A DNA stretch of 64,000 nt, taken from NCBI RefSeq assembly GCF_009914755.1, contig NC_060944.1; one strand, written 5' to 3'. This DNA is from the human T2T-CHM13v2.0 reference genome, Homo sapiens. Below are positions 52,406-64,000 of the stretch, piece by piece. The position numbers were made by a program, and so were the translations under genes. Positions within the stretch are counted from its first letter, which is position 1, and each line of letters opens with the position of its first letter. The notes beneath the pieces are model-generated. The model made no database searches and was not told the DNA's origin. It was given only the letters and a program-made list of their open reading frames with translations.

Positions 52406-52534
52406 GGATTAACAGCTGAATTCAGCATCCTGTGGTCAGAAGGGAAATGGATTAATGGCTGAATTCAGCATCCTGTGGTTGAAAGGGAAATGGATTAATG
52501 GCTGAATTCAGCATCCTGTAGTAGGAAGGGAGAA
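52406..52534. repeat. 43-bp minisatellite x3
   Basis: GGATTAA(CA/TG)GCTGAATTCAGCATCCTGT... at 52406, 52449, 52492. Confidence 0.93.
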
Positions 52535-53856
52535 GGGAGCTGCACAGAGGGCCTTGGCTGCATTTGCTCCACTTCCCTTATGCTGTTCCTTGGGTTCCAA
52601 TGTCACCATCTGAAGGGCTATTAATGGACAGAAGAATTATTGTTATTGTTGTGATTATTTCTATTTCTTTCACTTTGGTAAAAATAAGTTTTTAGCTTCT
52701 CATATAATTGTCCTAAAAAACCCTAAGAGTTTTGCTTAAGTTTCTTGTTATCATGTGTTATAAAAATTGACAGGGAAGTGGCTAAAACAGATTAAAATTA
52801 CACAAGCTCTAAGAGTTAAGTCTCTGTTGGGCAGGCTTAGGAAAGACAGAACTGGAAATACTCCACCAGCATGAACATCAGAAATATGGGGTCCACTTTC
52901 TGTTCCAGCCCTGCCCAGATCCACCCTCTTCAATGGCCTCATCCAGGTCTGACCTCACCCTAGAATCTTCTCTCACAGAACTGATTAAAGGAGGCCAGAG
53001 ATTCGGGCGGGGGCTCCTGCTGCCTCTCCTGAGCTGGTGCCCACGATTTCCTAAAATGGAAAAGCAGATAAATGGAAGCAAATAATTCTATATTTGGGGG
53101 CTATAATTTCTTTTTCATTGAAGCCAGTGCTTCTAGAGACACCCCACCTAGCAACTTGTTTTCCATTCCTGCAAATTCAGTAGCTGCTTCACAAGGCACA
53201 AAAAGGTAAATATAAATATAAAACATCTCTCTGAACAGTTCACCCTTTTTTCTCTATCCTTCTCATCTGTCAATATAGCATTTATTCTGCACATTTTATT
53301 TTCCAGGTAAATAATTTTTAAAATGGAAGAAAAAATAGAAATACTAGGCCCTTCATTTAAATCCTGAAAATTACAGAAAACTTAGCACCCAACCCCCAGG
53401 GTGCTATGAGGATTAACTCACATCATGTAATGTTTCCTGAACATTGCTCTGTAACAGACTTCTGAACACATAGTATGTGCTCAGTAAACATTGTATTAAC
53501 TCATGTGTACATGTTTTCCAAATGCAGACTTACTCAAACATTGATGCCTTCTCTAGGCTTTCTAAACTGTAAAGAGCCAGCAGAAAATGACATGTTTGAA
53601 AATGGTGACTTGTGGTTTCCACTTTGGGCCAAAAGTATTTGTGTTGTGGTAACAGTGTTGGGTGTCAGGAGCTCTGTGCTGTGCCTACTTTCTCTAGCTG
53701 AGTGCTACTATATTGGATGTAGTGGAAGAAACATCAGCATTAAGAGGAGACTTTTTAAAGAAGCCAATTCATGGACCCCTTCCAAACCTGCAGAATCACA
53801 TCACTAAGAGAGAGCCTGGAATCAGAAATAATTCATAGGCACATTGAAACTTGAGA

Positions 53857-54102
53857 GTTGGGCACGGTGACTCACGCCTGTAATCCCATCACTTTGGGAG
53901 GCTGAAGTGGGCAGATCACCTGAGGTCAGGTGTTCAAGACCAGCCTGGGTAACATGGCCAAATCATGTCTCTACTAAAACATACAAAAATTAGCCAGGTG
54001 TGGTGGCTGGTGCCCATCATCCTAGCTACTCAGGTGGCTGAGACTGCAGAATCACTCGAACCTGGGAGGTGGAGGTTGCCATGGGCCAAGATGGTGCCAC
54101 TG
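53857..54102 (+). mobile_element. Alu, 3'-truncated
   Basis: Alu consensus ending at gtgccactg. Confidence 0.9.
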
Positions 54103-54217
54103 GCCCATGCTTCCAGCCATAATCACATGGCCAGCTTAAAGAAATACCATCACCTGTGCCCTCCCCAGAGACTCTGTCTATTGGTCTTGGTGGGAGCAAC
54201 TATGTGGTTGTAATTAG

Positions 54218-56182
54218 AAAGTCAAATTGTCCCTCTTTGATGATTATATAATATCATATATACAAAAATTCTGAAGACCACCAAAAAAACTCTTAGATTT
54301 GATAAATAAATTTAATAATGTTTCAGAATGCAAAAATCAATGTACAAAAATTGGTAGCATTTTTATACACTAATGATGATCAAGCTGAGAACTGAATTAA
54401 AAAGTCACTTCCTTTTACAATAGCTACAAAAAAAGGTAAAATGCTTAGAAATACAATTAGTCAAAGAGATGAACGATCCCTACAAGGAAAACTACAAAAC
54501 ACTGATGAAAGAAATTGTACATGACACAAATGAGAAAAACATCCCATGCTCATGGATTGGAAGAATTATGATCAATAAAATGACTCTACTGCCCAAAGCA
54601 ATCTACATATTAAATTCAATTCCTACCAAACTGCCAATGTTATTTTTTATAAAATTAGAAAAAAAACACTAAAATTCACATGGAACCACAAAAAGAGCCT
54701 GAATAGCCAAAGCAAATCTAAGCAAAGAGAATAAAGCTGGAGATATTACATTATCTGACTTAAAATTATGCTAGAAGGCTGTAGTAACCAAAACAGCATG
54801 GTACTGATATAAATTGACACATAGATCAATGGTACAGAATAGAGAACCTAGAAATAAAGCCACATACCTACAAACAACTGATCTTTTACAAAGTCAACAA
54901 AAACATACACTGGAGAAATGACATCCTATTCAATAAATTTTGCTGGAAAAATTATATTGCCGTATGCAGAAGTATGGAATGGGACCCCTATGTCTCACCA
55001 TATACAAAAATCAACTCAATATGGGTTAAAAGACTAAAATGTAAGACCTGAAACTATAAAAATGCTAGAAGAAACTCTAGGATAAACTCTTCTAGACATT
55101 GACTTGGAAAAAGAATTTATGACTAAGATCTCAAAAGCAGATGTAACAATAACAAAAATAGACAAAAGGAACTCAAACTATAAAGCTCCTGAAAATGAGC
55201 TTTTTAATTAACACAGTGAACAGAAAACCTATGGAATGAGATAAACATTTACCAGTATTGCATGTAACAAAGATCTAATGTCCAGAATAATCAAGGAACT
55301 GAAACAGCTCAACAAAAATAAAACAAGTAACCTCATTAAAAAGCAAGCAAAGAACATGAACATTAAAAAAAAAAGACACTGATGGTCAATGGTCAACAAG
55401 CATGTAAAACATGCTCAACGTTGTCAATGATCAGAGAAATGCCAATTAAAAACCAAAATGAGGTACAAACTTACACCATGCAGAATGGCTATTACTAAAA
55501 AGCAGAAAAATGAGCTATCGGCAAGGATACAGAGAAAAGAGAACACTTATACATTGTTTGTGGGAAAGTAACTTTCTGCAATCTCTATGGAAAACAGTAT
55601 GGAGATTTCAAAATAGACTAAAAATAGAACTTCCATTTGATTCAGCATTCCCACTACTTGGTATCTACCCAAAGGAAAATAATTTGTTACATAAAGAAAA
55701 TACCCATGCTCACATGTTTATCACAGCACTATTCACAATAGCCAATATATGAAATCAATTTAAATTTATCAATCAATAATCGAATAAAGAAAATGTGCTA
55801 TACAAGTATACCATGGAATGTTACTCAGCCATGAAGAAGAATAAAGTCATGTCTTTTGCAACAACATAAATAAAACCAGAGGCCATTATTGTAAGTGAAA
55901 AAACTCAGAAACAGAAAATCTAATCTGTATTTTCTCACTTGCAAGTGGGATCTCAATTATGCATACACTTGGATATAGAGACTGGAAAGATAGACACTGG
56001 AGACTCAGAAAGATGGGAGGTTGGAGAGGGTTTAGGAATGAGAAAATAACTAATTGGGACAATAAACAACATTCAGATGATTGTCACACCAAAAGCCCAT
56101 ACTTCATCCCTATGCAACATGCTTCTGTAAGGGAGCTGCATTTGTACTCTCTAACGTATTAATAAAGAGATTAAAAAAAAAA
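54218..56182 (+). mobile_element. L1MA4-like ORF2 3' part and 3' UTR
   Basis: [12 protein letters not shown]...IPCSWIGRI; L1MA 3' UTR and A tail. Confidence 0.85.
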
Positions 56183-56185
56183 GAC

Positions 56186-56490
56186 CTGGGGCGGTGGCTC
56201 AAGCCTATAATCCCAGCACTTTGGGAGGCTGAGGCAGGCGGATCACGTGGTCAGGAGTTCAAGACCAGCCTGGCCAATATAGTGAAACCCCATCTCTACT
56301 AAAAATACAAAAATTAGCCGGGCATGGTGGAGCACGCCTGTAGTCCCAGCTACTCAGGAGGCTAAGGCAGGAGAATCACCTGAACCCGGGAAGCGGAGGT
56401 TGTGGTGAGCAGAGATTTTGTCACTGCACTCCAGCCTGGGGAATAGAGGGAGACTTCGTCTCAAAAAAAAAAAAAAGAGAGAAAAAAAAA
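56186..56490 (+). mobile_element. Alu (AluSg-like)
   Basis: Alu consensus with A tail. Confidence 0.95.
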
Positions 56491-56946
56491 CTTTGGCTTT
56501 TATCAAGAGGACAAACTATTCAGTTCAGACCTCATAATTTTCATAAATAATTAGATTAGGCAAAAAAAATTAACAAAAATAAATAAAAAATAATATTGTA
56601 TTTTAAGAATGATATAGAAAGATAATTTGATGAATTAGAGTAGTTAGTACTTAGCACATAGAATATGTTAGGCAAGATTCTAAGCCACTTAGACCTTTAT
56701 GTACAGAATATGTAACAGAGTAAAATAAATAACACAAAGATTCATTGGCAATGACAAATTGACATATTTTCAATCACATTAGATGATATTAAAACCATTA
56801 ACAAATTTACTGTTTTGTTTCATAATAAAAAAGAATGTTAAATAACTTCATTAAAAAGTTTGACTAATTAGGCATATAGATAAATGGGCAGCATTTTGAC
56901 CAGAACACAGAGGATACACATTTTCAAAGACCAGACAAAATTATTT

Positions 56947-58038
56947 ATTTATTTTTTGTGGGGAGAGAACAGTTTTATTATCTGGGGATACACTGGGGTC
57001 CTCTCCCTGGGAGGTGGGTCTTCCACTGGTTATCCCCGCCAGGGCTCCAGGGGGCGCCATGCGATTCAGTGCTGGGCTCCGCTGGGGGCCGGGCCTTGGA
57101 GAAGACGAACTGTGCAGGGAAGCAGCAGCTGTGGGGTCCTCACCGCCCGCTCCGCCCGGCTGCACCCGGCCTCCTGGTGCTCCTCAGGCTCCCGCCGAGT
57201 CTGCTTCTCTGGACGGCAGCGAACCATCCTGCCCAGAACCTTATCCTCACAGCCCAGTTTGACGCAGGTCAGCCATTCCTGCTTCCTCCTCTCAGGCTGG
57301 ACTTTGCACTTGGGTTTTTACAGTCTTTCCTCCGGCCACTTCTCTGTCTGCCGGAGCTTAAATTCCAGCCTCACAAATGTTCCAGCTGGGAAGGGCGTGT
57401 CCAGGGCGCTGTCCACACTGGTCTCCTGGAAGGCCCGCTGCACGGGCAGGTGCTTGCAGATTCCTCCAGGACCACCTGCAGGCCCCGGCGCTGGCCCTGT
57501 GAGCTCAGCCCCTCCCGCGTCCCCCGCGCCCACCCACTGGGCCAGCGAGATCTGCAGCCCTCTCAGGCTTCCCCTGTCACCCCAGCCCTGCGAAGCGGGT
57601 GTGCGCCCCTTAGTTCTCCGAGCCTGCCGGGAGCCACCTCCCCCCCTGCCCTGCCCCTGGCGGGGGGCATGCCCTCAGAACGCTGGGCAGAGGCGAAGGA
57701 AGCGGGAAATGTCCCTTTCTCCACACTGACCTTGGGATGTGCTGGGTCCTCTCCACTCCCTCCCACCCTGCCCGCGCTGTTCCCTGGGGCCCGCAGTTTC
57801 AGCAAAGTTCCCTGCCGCGCTGGGAAGCCGTCCTGTTGCTCACTCTCACCCTTCCTCCTTTTCTGGCCCATTATCTCTCCCCACTGGGTCTCCGACATGA
57901 CCCTATCTCCTCCCGGCTGTCCCCGGAGCCCCTCTCTGCTTCCCCAGCTCAGCCCCCTCTCTGACGGCTTCTCCCTCCCACCCCCACGTGAATCTCCGGG
58001 CTCTCACGGGGTGCCCCTGATCCCCGGGGCCTAGGTCA
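56947..58038 (-). pseudogene. RARRES2P: RARRES2 (chemerin) retrocopy
   Basis: KHLPVQRAFQETSVDSALDTPFPAGTFVRLEFKL matches chemerin. Start codon reads CTG at 57566. Intronless CDS to ~57078. AATAAA plus A-rich tail. 17-bp TSD ACCAGACAAAATTATTT (56930-56946 / 58039-58055). Confidence 0.93.
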
Positions 58039-58055
58039 ACCAGACAAAATTATTT

Positions 58056-60092
58056 TAAATGGGAATTCCATTGAATTCATGAAAGTAGGAATCCATCTGG
58101 TCATATTTTAAATAATTTTGAAATGATAATAGCAACTATCAATTTAACCAGAATTCAGAATACCCACCATTTTACCAGAAAAAAAAAAAAAAAACCTGTT
58201 ATAACTAACCAACTAAGTCAGTAAATTTTCAGGATACAATATTAACATATGAACATCAGTGGCATTTTTTTACAGTAACAACAAAATATCTGAAACAGGA
58301 ATAAAGATAGTTCCATTTACAATATTATCAAATAGAATGAAATGCTTAGGAATGAGTTAACAAAGTGTGAAAGATCTGCATACTGAAAACTATAAAATGT
58401 TGAGGAAAGAAAATGAAAAATATAAAATGGGAAATATATTTTGTGTTCATGGATTCTAAAAATTAATATTAAAATATCCATACTACACAAAGTGGTCTAC
58501 AGAGTTAAATTTCTATCAAAATTTTAATGCCATTTTATTAAAAATGTAGAACAACAATTTTAAAATTAGTATGGAACCACAAAAGACCTCAAATAGCCAA
58601 ATACTGAGAAGAACAAAAAGGCTGAAAGCCTTACGCTTCCTGATTTCAAACTATATTACAAAGCTGTAGTCATCAATATAGTATTGTACCTACATAAAAA
58701 CCAATAGAACAGAATAGAGGATCCAGAAATAAACTCGCAAATATACAGTCGACCAGTCCCACAGAATGGAGAAAGGATAAACACATCAAGGAGTGGTGTA
58801 AGAAAAACTAGATATGCACAGAAAAAAGTGAACCTTTCTCTCACGTCATCACAAAATGAATTTGAAATGAAATAAAGACTTAAACATAAGAACTGAAATC
58901 ATGAATCCTCTAAAAAAAAATGGGGAAAAACCTTGACACTGGTCATGGCAATGATGTTTTGGATATGACACCAAGAACACAGTCAACAAAAGCAAAAATG
59001 AACAAGTGGAACTATGTCAAAGTTAAAATTTTCTGCACAATAAAGGAAACAACAAAATGTAAAGGCATTATAGGAAATGGGAGGAAATATTTGTAAACCA
59101 TATGTAGGATAATATGTTACTATCCAAAATATATGTCATACTAATCAATACAAAAAACCCACAGCAGAATTAAAAGCAATTTCTTGATTAATAATTGGGC
59201 AAAATATATAAATAACAGTTTTTCCAAAGATATACAAATGGCCAGCAGGTGTATAAAAAATGCTTGACATCACTAATTATCAGAGTAATTAAAATCAAAA
59301 TCACAATGAGGTATCACCTTATCGTGGTGTTTGGATGCCTATTATCAAAAAGTCAAAAGATAAAAAGTGTTAGGGTGTGGAAAAAGAGAACACTTGTGCA
59401 CTGTTGCTGAGGATGTCAATTGGTGCAGCTATTATGAAAAACGGTATGGAGGTTCCTTAAAATTTTTAAACTAGAACTACCACTAATCCCAATTAGGAGT
59501 ATATAGCCAAAGGACATAAAATCAGGATCATCAAGGGTATCTGCACTCCTCTGATACAGATAAATAAACTGAGAGATACATAATTTCAGCTTTAATAAAA
59601 ATGAAACTCATCCACAACAATATTGATAAATCTTGAAGACATTATGCTCAGTGAAATAAGCCGAATACAGAAAGACAACTACTGCATGATCTCGTTTGTA
59701 TGTAAAATCTAAAAAAGTAAATAAAAATTTAAAAAGCCATGGAAACAGTAGAACGGTGGTTCCCATGGGCTAAGAAGTGGGGAAAGTAGGGAGATATCCA
59801 TGGAAGGGGCGCACCTTCAGTTACAAGGTGAGTAACTGCTGGGGACCTAATGTACAGAATAGTGACTATAGTTAACAATACTCTGTACTTGAAATTTGCT
59901 ACAAGAGTAGATCTCAGGTGCTCTCACCACACACACAGAAACGTATTAACTATCTGAGGGGATAGATAGGCTAACTAGCTTAACTGAGGTAATTTAAAGA
60001 CTACTGATATCTCAAAACACTCTATTGTACACCCTAAAAATATACACTTTTCAATTTGTCAACCATAGCTCAACGAATGGAGAAAAAAATAA
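58056..60092 (+). mobile_element. L1MA9-like ORF2 3' part and 3' UTR
   Basis: L1 ORF2 remnants and an L1MA9-type 3' end. Confidence 0.8.
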
Positions 60093-60109
60093 GAGTAACC
60101 AGCAGGTCA

Positions 60110-63100
60110 TATCTAGCCACAGGGAAACTCGATTTAAAACGCGCTTGGCCACTGTTTCCAGCTCAACTCGGGAACTGCGGGAGCGCTTCTGGCCCCTGGA
60201 CTTCAACGCTCCTCCTGCGGCCCCCGTGGCTGGGGAAGGTACAGTCGTTCCCAGGATTCCAGGGGGCGCAGATCCGGCAGGGCCATCGCCGTCCCCTTGC
60301 TCTTGCCGCAGCCCCGTTAGGCTCCGCGTTTCGGGGCCTCCTGGCCGGGGAGGCTGCCTGTGGCTGCCCGCGCGCCCCCGTGGCTGTGGTTCAGCCGGCC
60401 CCCGCTTCGGCCCCGCGCAGCCCCTCCGGGGCCGCAGCCGTCTGGGGCCCGAACTCACAGCCTCGGGCCGGTACCCGCAGCCAGCGCCTTCGCTGTGGCC
60501 GCTCCTCCCCCTCGCCGAGCCCGAGCTGGCCCAGCGGAGAAGGAGGACGGAGAAGCTGGAACCCGAACGCTGAGCTGCGGGCGGCAGGTGCGGGAACGGG
60601 AGAAGCTATGGCCTCGCACAGGACGGCTGCTCAGAGCGACACGAGCAACCGCCAGGAGCTCCGCACGCAGCTGGAAGAACTCAGTAATGTACTCCGCTGT
60701 GGGATAAATGGAGATAATAAAAGTCTGATGTAGAAGTACTCGCAGAGAACCATGCTCCTTGGTCAATCTCAGATTATTATCAGACCTACTCTAATGATGT
60801 TAGTCTTCCAAATAAAGTGAGTGACTGAACTGTCAAATCAGCAAGATCAGGATATTGAAACTCTTGCTTTGAATTCTAACGACCAGTTATAAATAGAAAA
60901 TGATGCTTACCCTGGTACTGATAGGACACCAAATGTTAAATGTAGACAAGAGAGTCATTTGCCTCAAATTCACAGGAGCCAGCATCTGCATTAGCAGCAC
61001 AAGATACGTCCTTAGAAGGTTCATCATTAGCTGGAAGTTTGAGAGCTGCAGCAGAAGCGGCTTTATCACAGACTGGATTTAGTTATGATGAAAATACTGG
61101 ACTGTATTTTGACCACAGCACTGGTTTCTATTAAGATTCTGAGAATCAAATATATTATGATTTAATTTATTACTACTGTGATGTGGAAAGTGGTAGCTAT
61201 CGGTTTCATTCTCAAGTAGTTTTGCCACATTATCAGACTTATAGCACAAAACAAAAATAAAAAAATTGAGAAAAGAAAGGATCCAGATTCATCTACAAAA
61301 AAAAAAAAAAAGAGGAAAAGGATTTGAATTCAGAGGATCAAGAAGCCTTCAGTGTTGAACATACAAGCTGCAATGGGAAAGACAATTTCACAAATCTGAA
61401 AAAAAAAAGCCAAAATAATCATTCATCACAAAAATAATCCCCCAAAATTCACTGTTCCAGTTAGTGGAAATACTATGGAATCTCCTCCTAATGAAAACAT
61501 CTCAATTCATCTTTAAGGATGAGAAAATGACAGAGACTGATAGTGAAACAGAAGAAGGCGAAATTACAGACTCTCAGACCGAGGGTAGTTATGATGAAGG
61601 TATTACCAGTAAAGGCAATGCAACTGCAAAAGATACTGAGGAGGAAGATGAGGAAAAAGTGTGGCCCTCATATATGAGAGTAATTGTCATTACATCACCT
61701 GTGTTACAGACAGGATCATTCTGCATCATTACTGCTGTAAAATCTGCTACAATTGGAAGAGAAAATGACATGGAGCATACTCTTCTAATCCCTGAAGTTG
61801 GTGTAAGTTTCATGAAGAAATTTATTTTGACCATGACTTACAAAGTTATGTCCTTTTGGATCAGGCAGTCAAAATGGAACAATTGTTAATGTAAAATGGA
61901 TGGTTCAGCTGAAAACTAAATGTGACCCTTATGAACCTGAGCATGGAGATAAAGTGAAAATTGGAGACACTGTGTTATCTTATTACATTCACCCTGGCAG
62001 TAATAGCTGTGTTGGATGTGAACCAGGGCAGGTTAGAGCTCACCTTTTCCTTGATAAAAAAGATGAATCATTTGTTGGTCCATCATTAACTAAGAAGGAA
62101 ACTAGTTGGAAAGAAGAAAAGGATTTTAAAAATATATGAGTAAAATATGGTTTACAGAATACAGACTACATAGATGATAAGATACTGGAGAATCAAAAAT
62201 GTAAAGATAGAGCTGGAAAACATAGGGAGCAGATTGGAAGTGAAGGAAATTTCCAAAGAGATGATGCTCCTGCATCTGTTCATTCTGAAATTACTGATGG
62301 CGACAAAGGTCAGAAGATGTTGAAAAAGATGTGTTGAAAACAGGAGAAGGCCTGGGGAAGGATGGTGGAAGAATGAAAACTCCAATACAGCTTCAGCTTC
62401 GGCAAATACATGCAGGATCGCAGACAGACAAACCATCCTCAATTAAAGAGACTCACCTTCTCCAAAACAAGAACAACAACAACAAGAACAACAACTGGGA
62501 CAAAGCACAGGAGAGGTTTGCTGAAAACTTTCCAGAAACTAAACTTCAAAAAGATGACCTAGGAACCATTCCTTGGGTAAAAGGGACTGAGGAGTGAAGG
62601 TTAATCACAAAAGAAAACTCAAGCTTTTTTATAAATAGAGTTTGGAAACTCTTATTGCAGAATGTCTCTCCCCCAAAAAGTCAGTGGCACAAGAAAGCTG
62701 TGTCATGGTTTACCCCTTCCTGATTCAGAAATGTGTAATAAAATGTGGTTTGCAGCTTTTAAAAAACACTTTTTAAACTAATTATTAGTGACTGAATTAA
62801 TTTATACAGTAAGTGAACTAAAGTTCACAGGGCACAGATAAGTTTATCAAACTTTACTATTTTATCTTGTCATTTACAACATCCATATAAGCAATTAGCC
62901 ATATAAGCAAAATTCTTATAACCACTTAAATGCTCATTTGTCCTTGTCTCCATATATTCATAGTAGTATGCACAGAAAATACAGCAAAAGAAACATCTAA
63001 ATTCTACAAAAATAAATCTGACAATATACATTCTTGTTTATGCCCTTCAGGACCTAGATAAAAAATATTGAGACAACATGAATAGTGATGCGTATATTTT

Positions 63101-63500
63101 CTTATATTTGGAATAGTCTAAATCATATTAAAGAACTAATGAACAGGTGACATGTCACAGAAAATTTGTCTTTTATTGTTTTCTTCGGTGAAGAATCTGA
63201 ATTTGTTGATATATACTATACATTCAGCATTTGTATTTGGTTTGTTTCATAGCTAATGAAATGTTTGTACATGAACAAATGAGTACAGTATTGAAATAGT
63301 TCATGTGCTGGCATTCATACTTTTTATAAATACCATTGCAGGCAATGAAGTTGTGCCAGAAAAATCTGATTTCGAGTGCAAAAGGAATATTTAGCCAGGG
63401 CCTCAAGCTCAATATATTTATTGAAAATGTCCTAAATTGCCATAAAACTTTATAATGTTAAATTATTCATTTCAATAAATTATGAATTAAACAAAAAATA
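60110..63500 (+). pseudogene. AGGF1P: AGGF1 processed pseudogene (CDS remnant ~60457-62597; 3' UTR end uncertain, may extend further)
   Basis: AEPELAQRRRRTEKLE; OCRE-region GFSYDENTGLYFDHSTG; FHA-region VIVITSPVLQTGS..IGREND; G-patch GEGLGKDGG; ends PWVKGTEE*. Intronless, ATG mutated to ACA, many stops and frameshifts. Confidence 0.96.
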
Positions 63501-64000
63501 CAAATGATGTATTTTATGGATCAGAGAAGTGCTAATGAGACAGAATGGCCATTGAAGCCGAAAGGTCTGAATTCAGGTAGATAATTTTACTCATATTAGT
63601 TTTATGTTAGAGAAAACAATGCTTCTGACCATATACTATTTATTGCAGTGGAGTATTTCAAAAATATGTACATAATATATAATTAATTTTCTAATGGTAT
63701 AAAAGTAATCACATTCTACAAATTATTACAATATGGTCTATTGATGAGAGGGGTGTTTCAAATGAAAAACTTGGAATTTCTCATGATGATAGATGCCATA
63801 GAAAATCTATGTAAAATATTTCACTCATGTATGCAACTATGGATATTTCTGCTTTTCAGAAAAATAATATACTTTAAAAACCTAATGCAGACAATTAAAA
63901 TCACCAAGAAGTTACAAGAATTCACAGAATGTGTAATATAGTTGAAAGGAAATTAAGAAAACTTCCCAGGACTGGAAGTAAATAAAGGTAATGATCCCGA

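Noticed and set aside
52406-52534. CRISPR-like palindromic repeats
   Set aside because: No unique spacers, primate context, no cas genes; simple minisatellite.
56884-58034. 281-aa and 358-aa plus-strand ORFs
   Set aside because: Antisense to the GC-rich RARRES2 retrocopy; stop-poor composition; no recognisable homology.
60025-60733. 182-aa and 225-aa ORFs from the L1 tail into AGGF1P
   Set aside because: Non-ATG starts inside L1 and GC-rich UTR; the AGGF1 frame is broken soon after.

Overview
Primate (human-like) repeat-rich genomic DNA with no intact protein-coding gene. Left part (1-38356) is almost entirely nested retroelements: L1PA/L1PB/L1M, an ERV1 provirus remnant, MST, MER11, LTR6 and LTR66-like LTRs, and Alus. 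It also holds a TSD-bracketed ~0.55 kb insert I cannot identify (23154-24213). At 38357 an L1 is abruptly joined to a duplicated cassette with the gene order of the FSHD 4q35/10q26 region and its pericentromeric paralogs: 5S rDNA spacer with a 27-nt 5S fragment, ~1.3 diverged D4Z4-like units (minus) carrying a DUX4-like pseudogene, an FRG2-like spliced pseudogene (minus), a RARRES2 retrocopy (minus) and an AGGF1 retrocopy (plus). The cassette is known; which paralog this is cannot be decided without alignment. Best leads: (i) DUX4 consensus motifs upstream of an intact FRG2 core promoter lying co-directionally upstream of the DUX4-like copy; (ii) a frameshift-rescued spliced 159-aa FRG2 ORF; (iii) a 110-aa HD1-only DUX4-like ORF. 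I see no firm evidence of a wholly new biological system; these are testable hypotheses. Family names are from recalled consensus sequences, not database searches.
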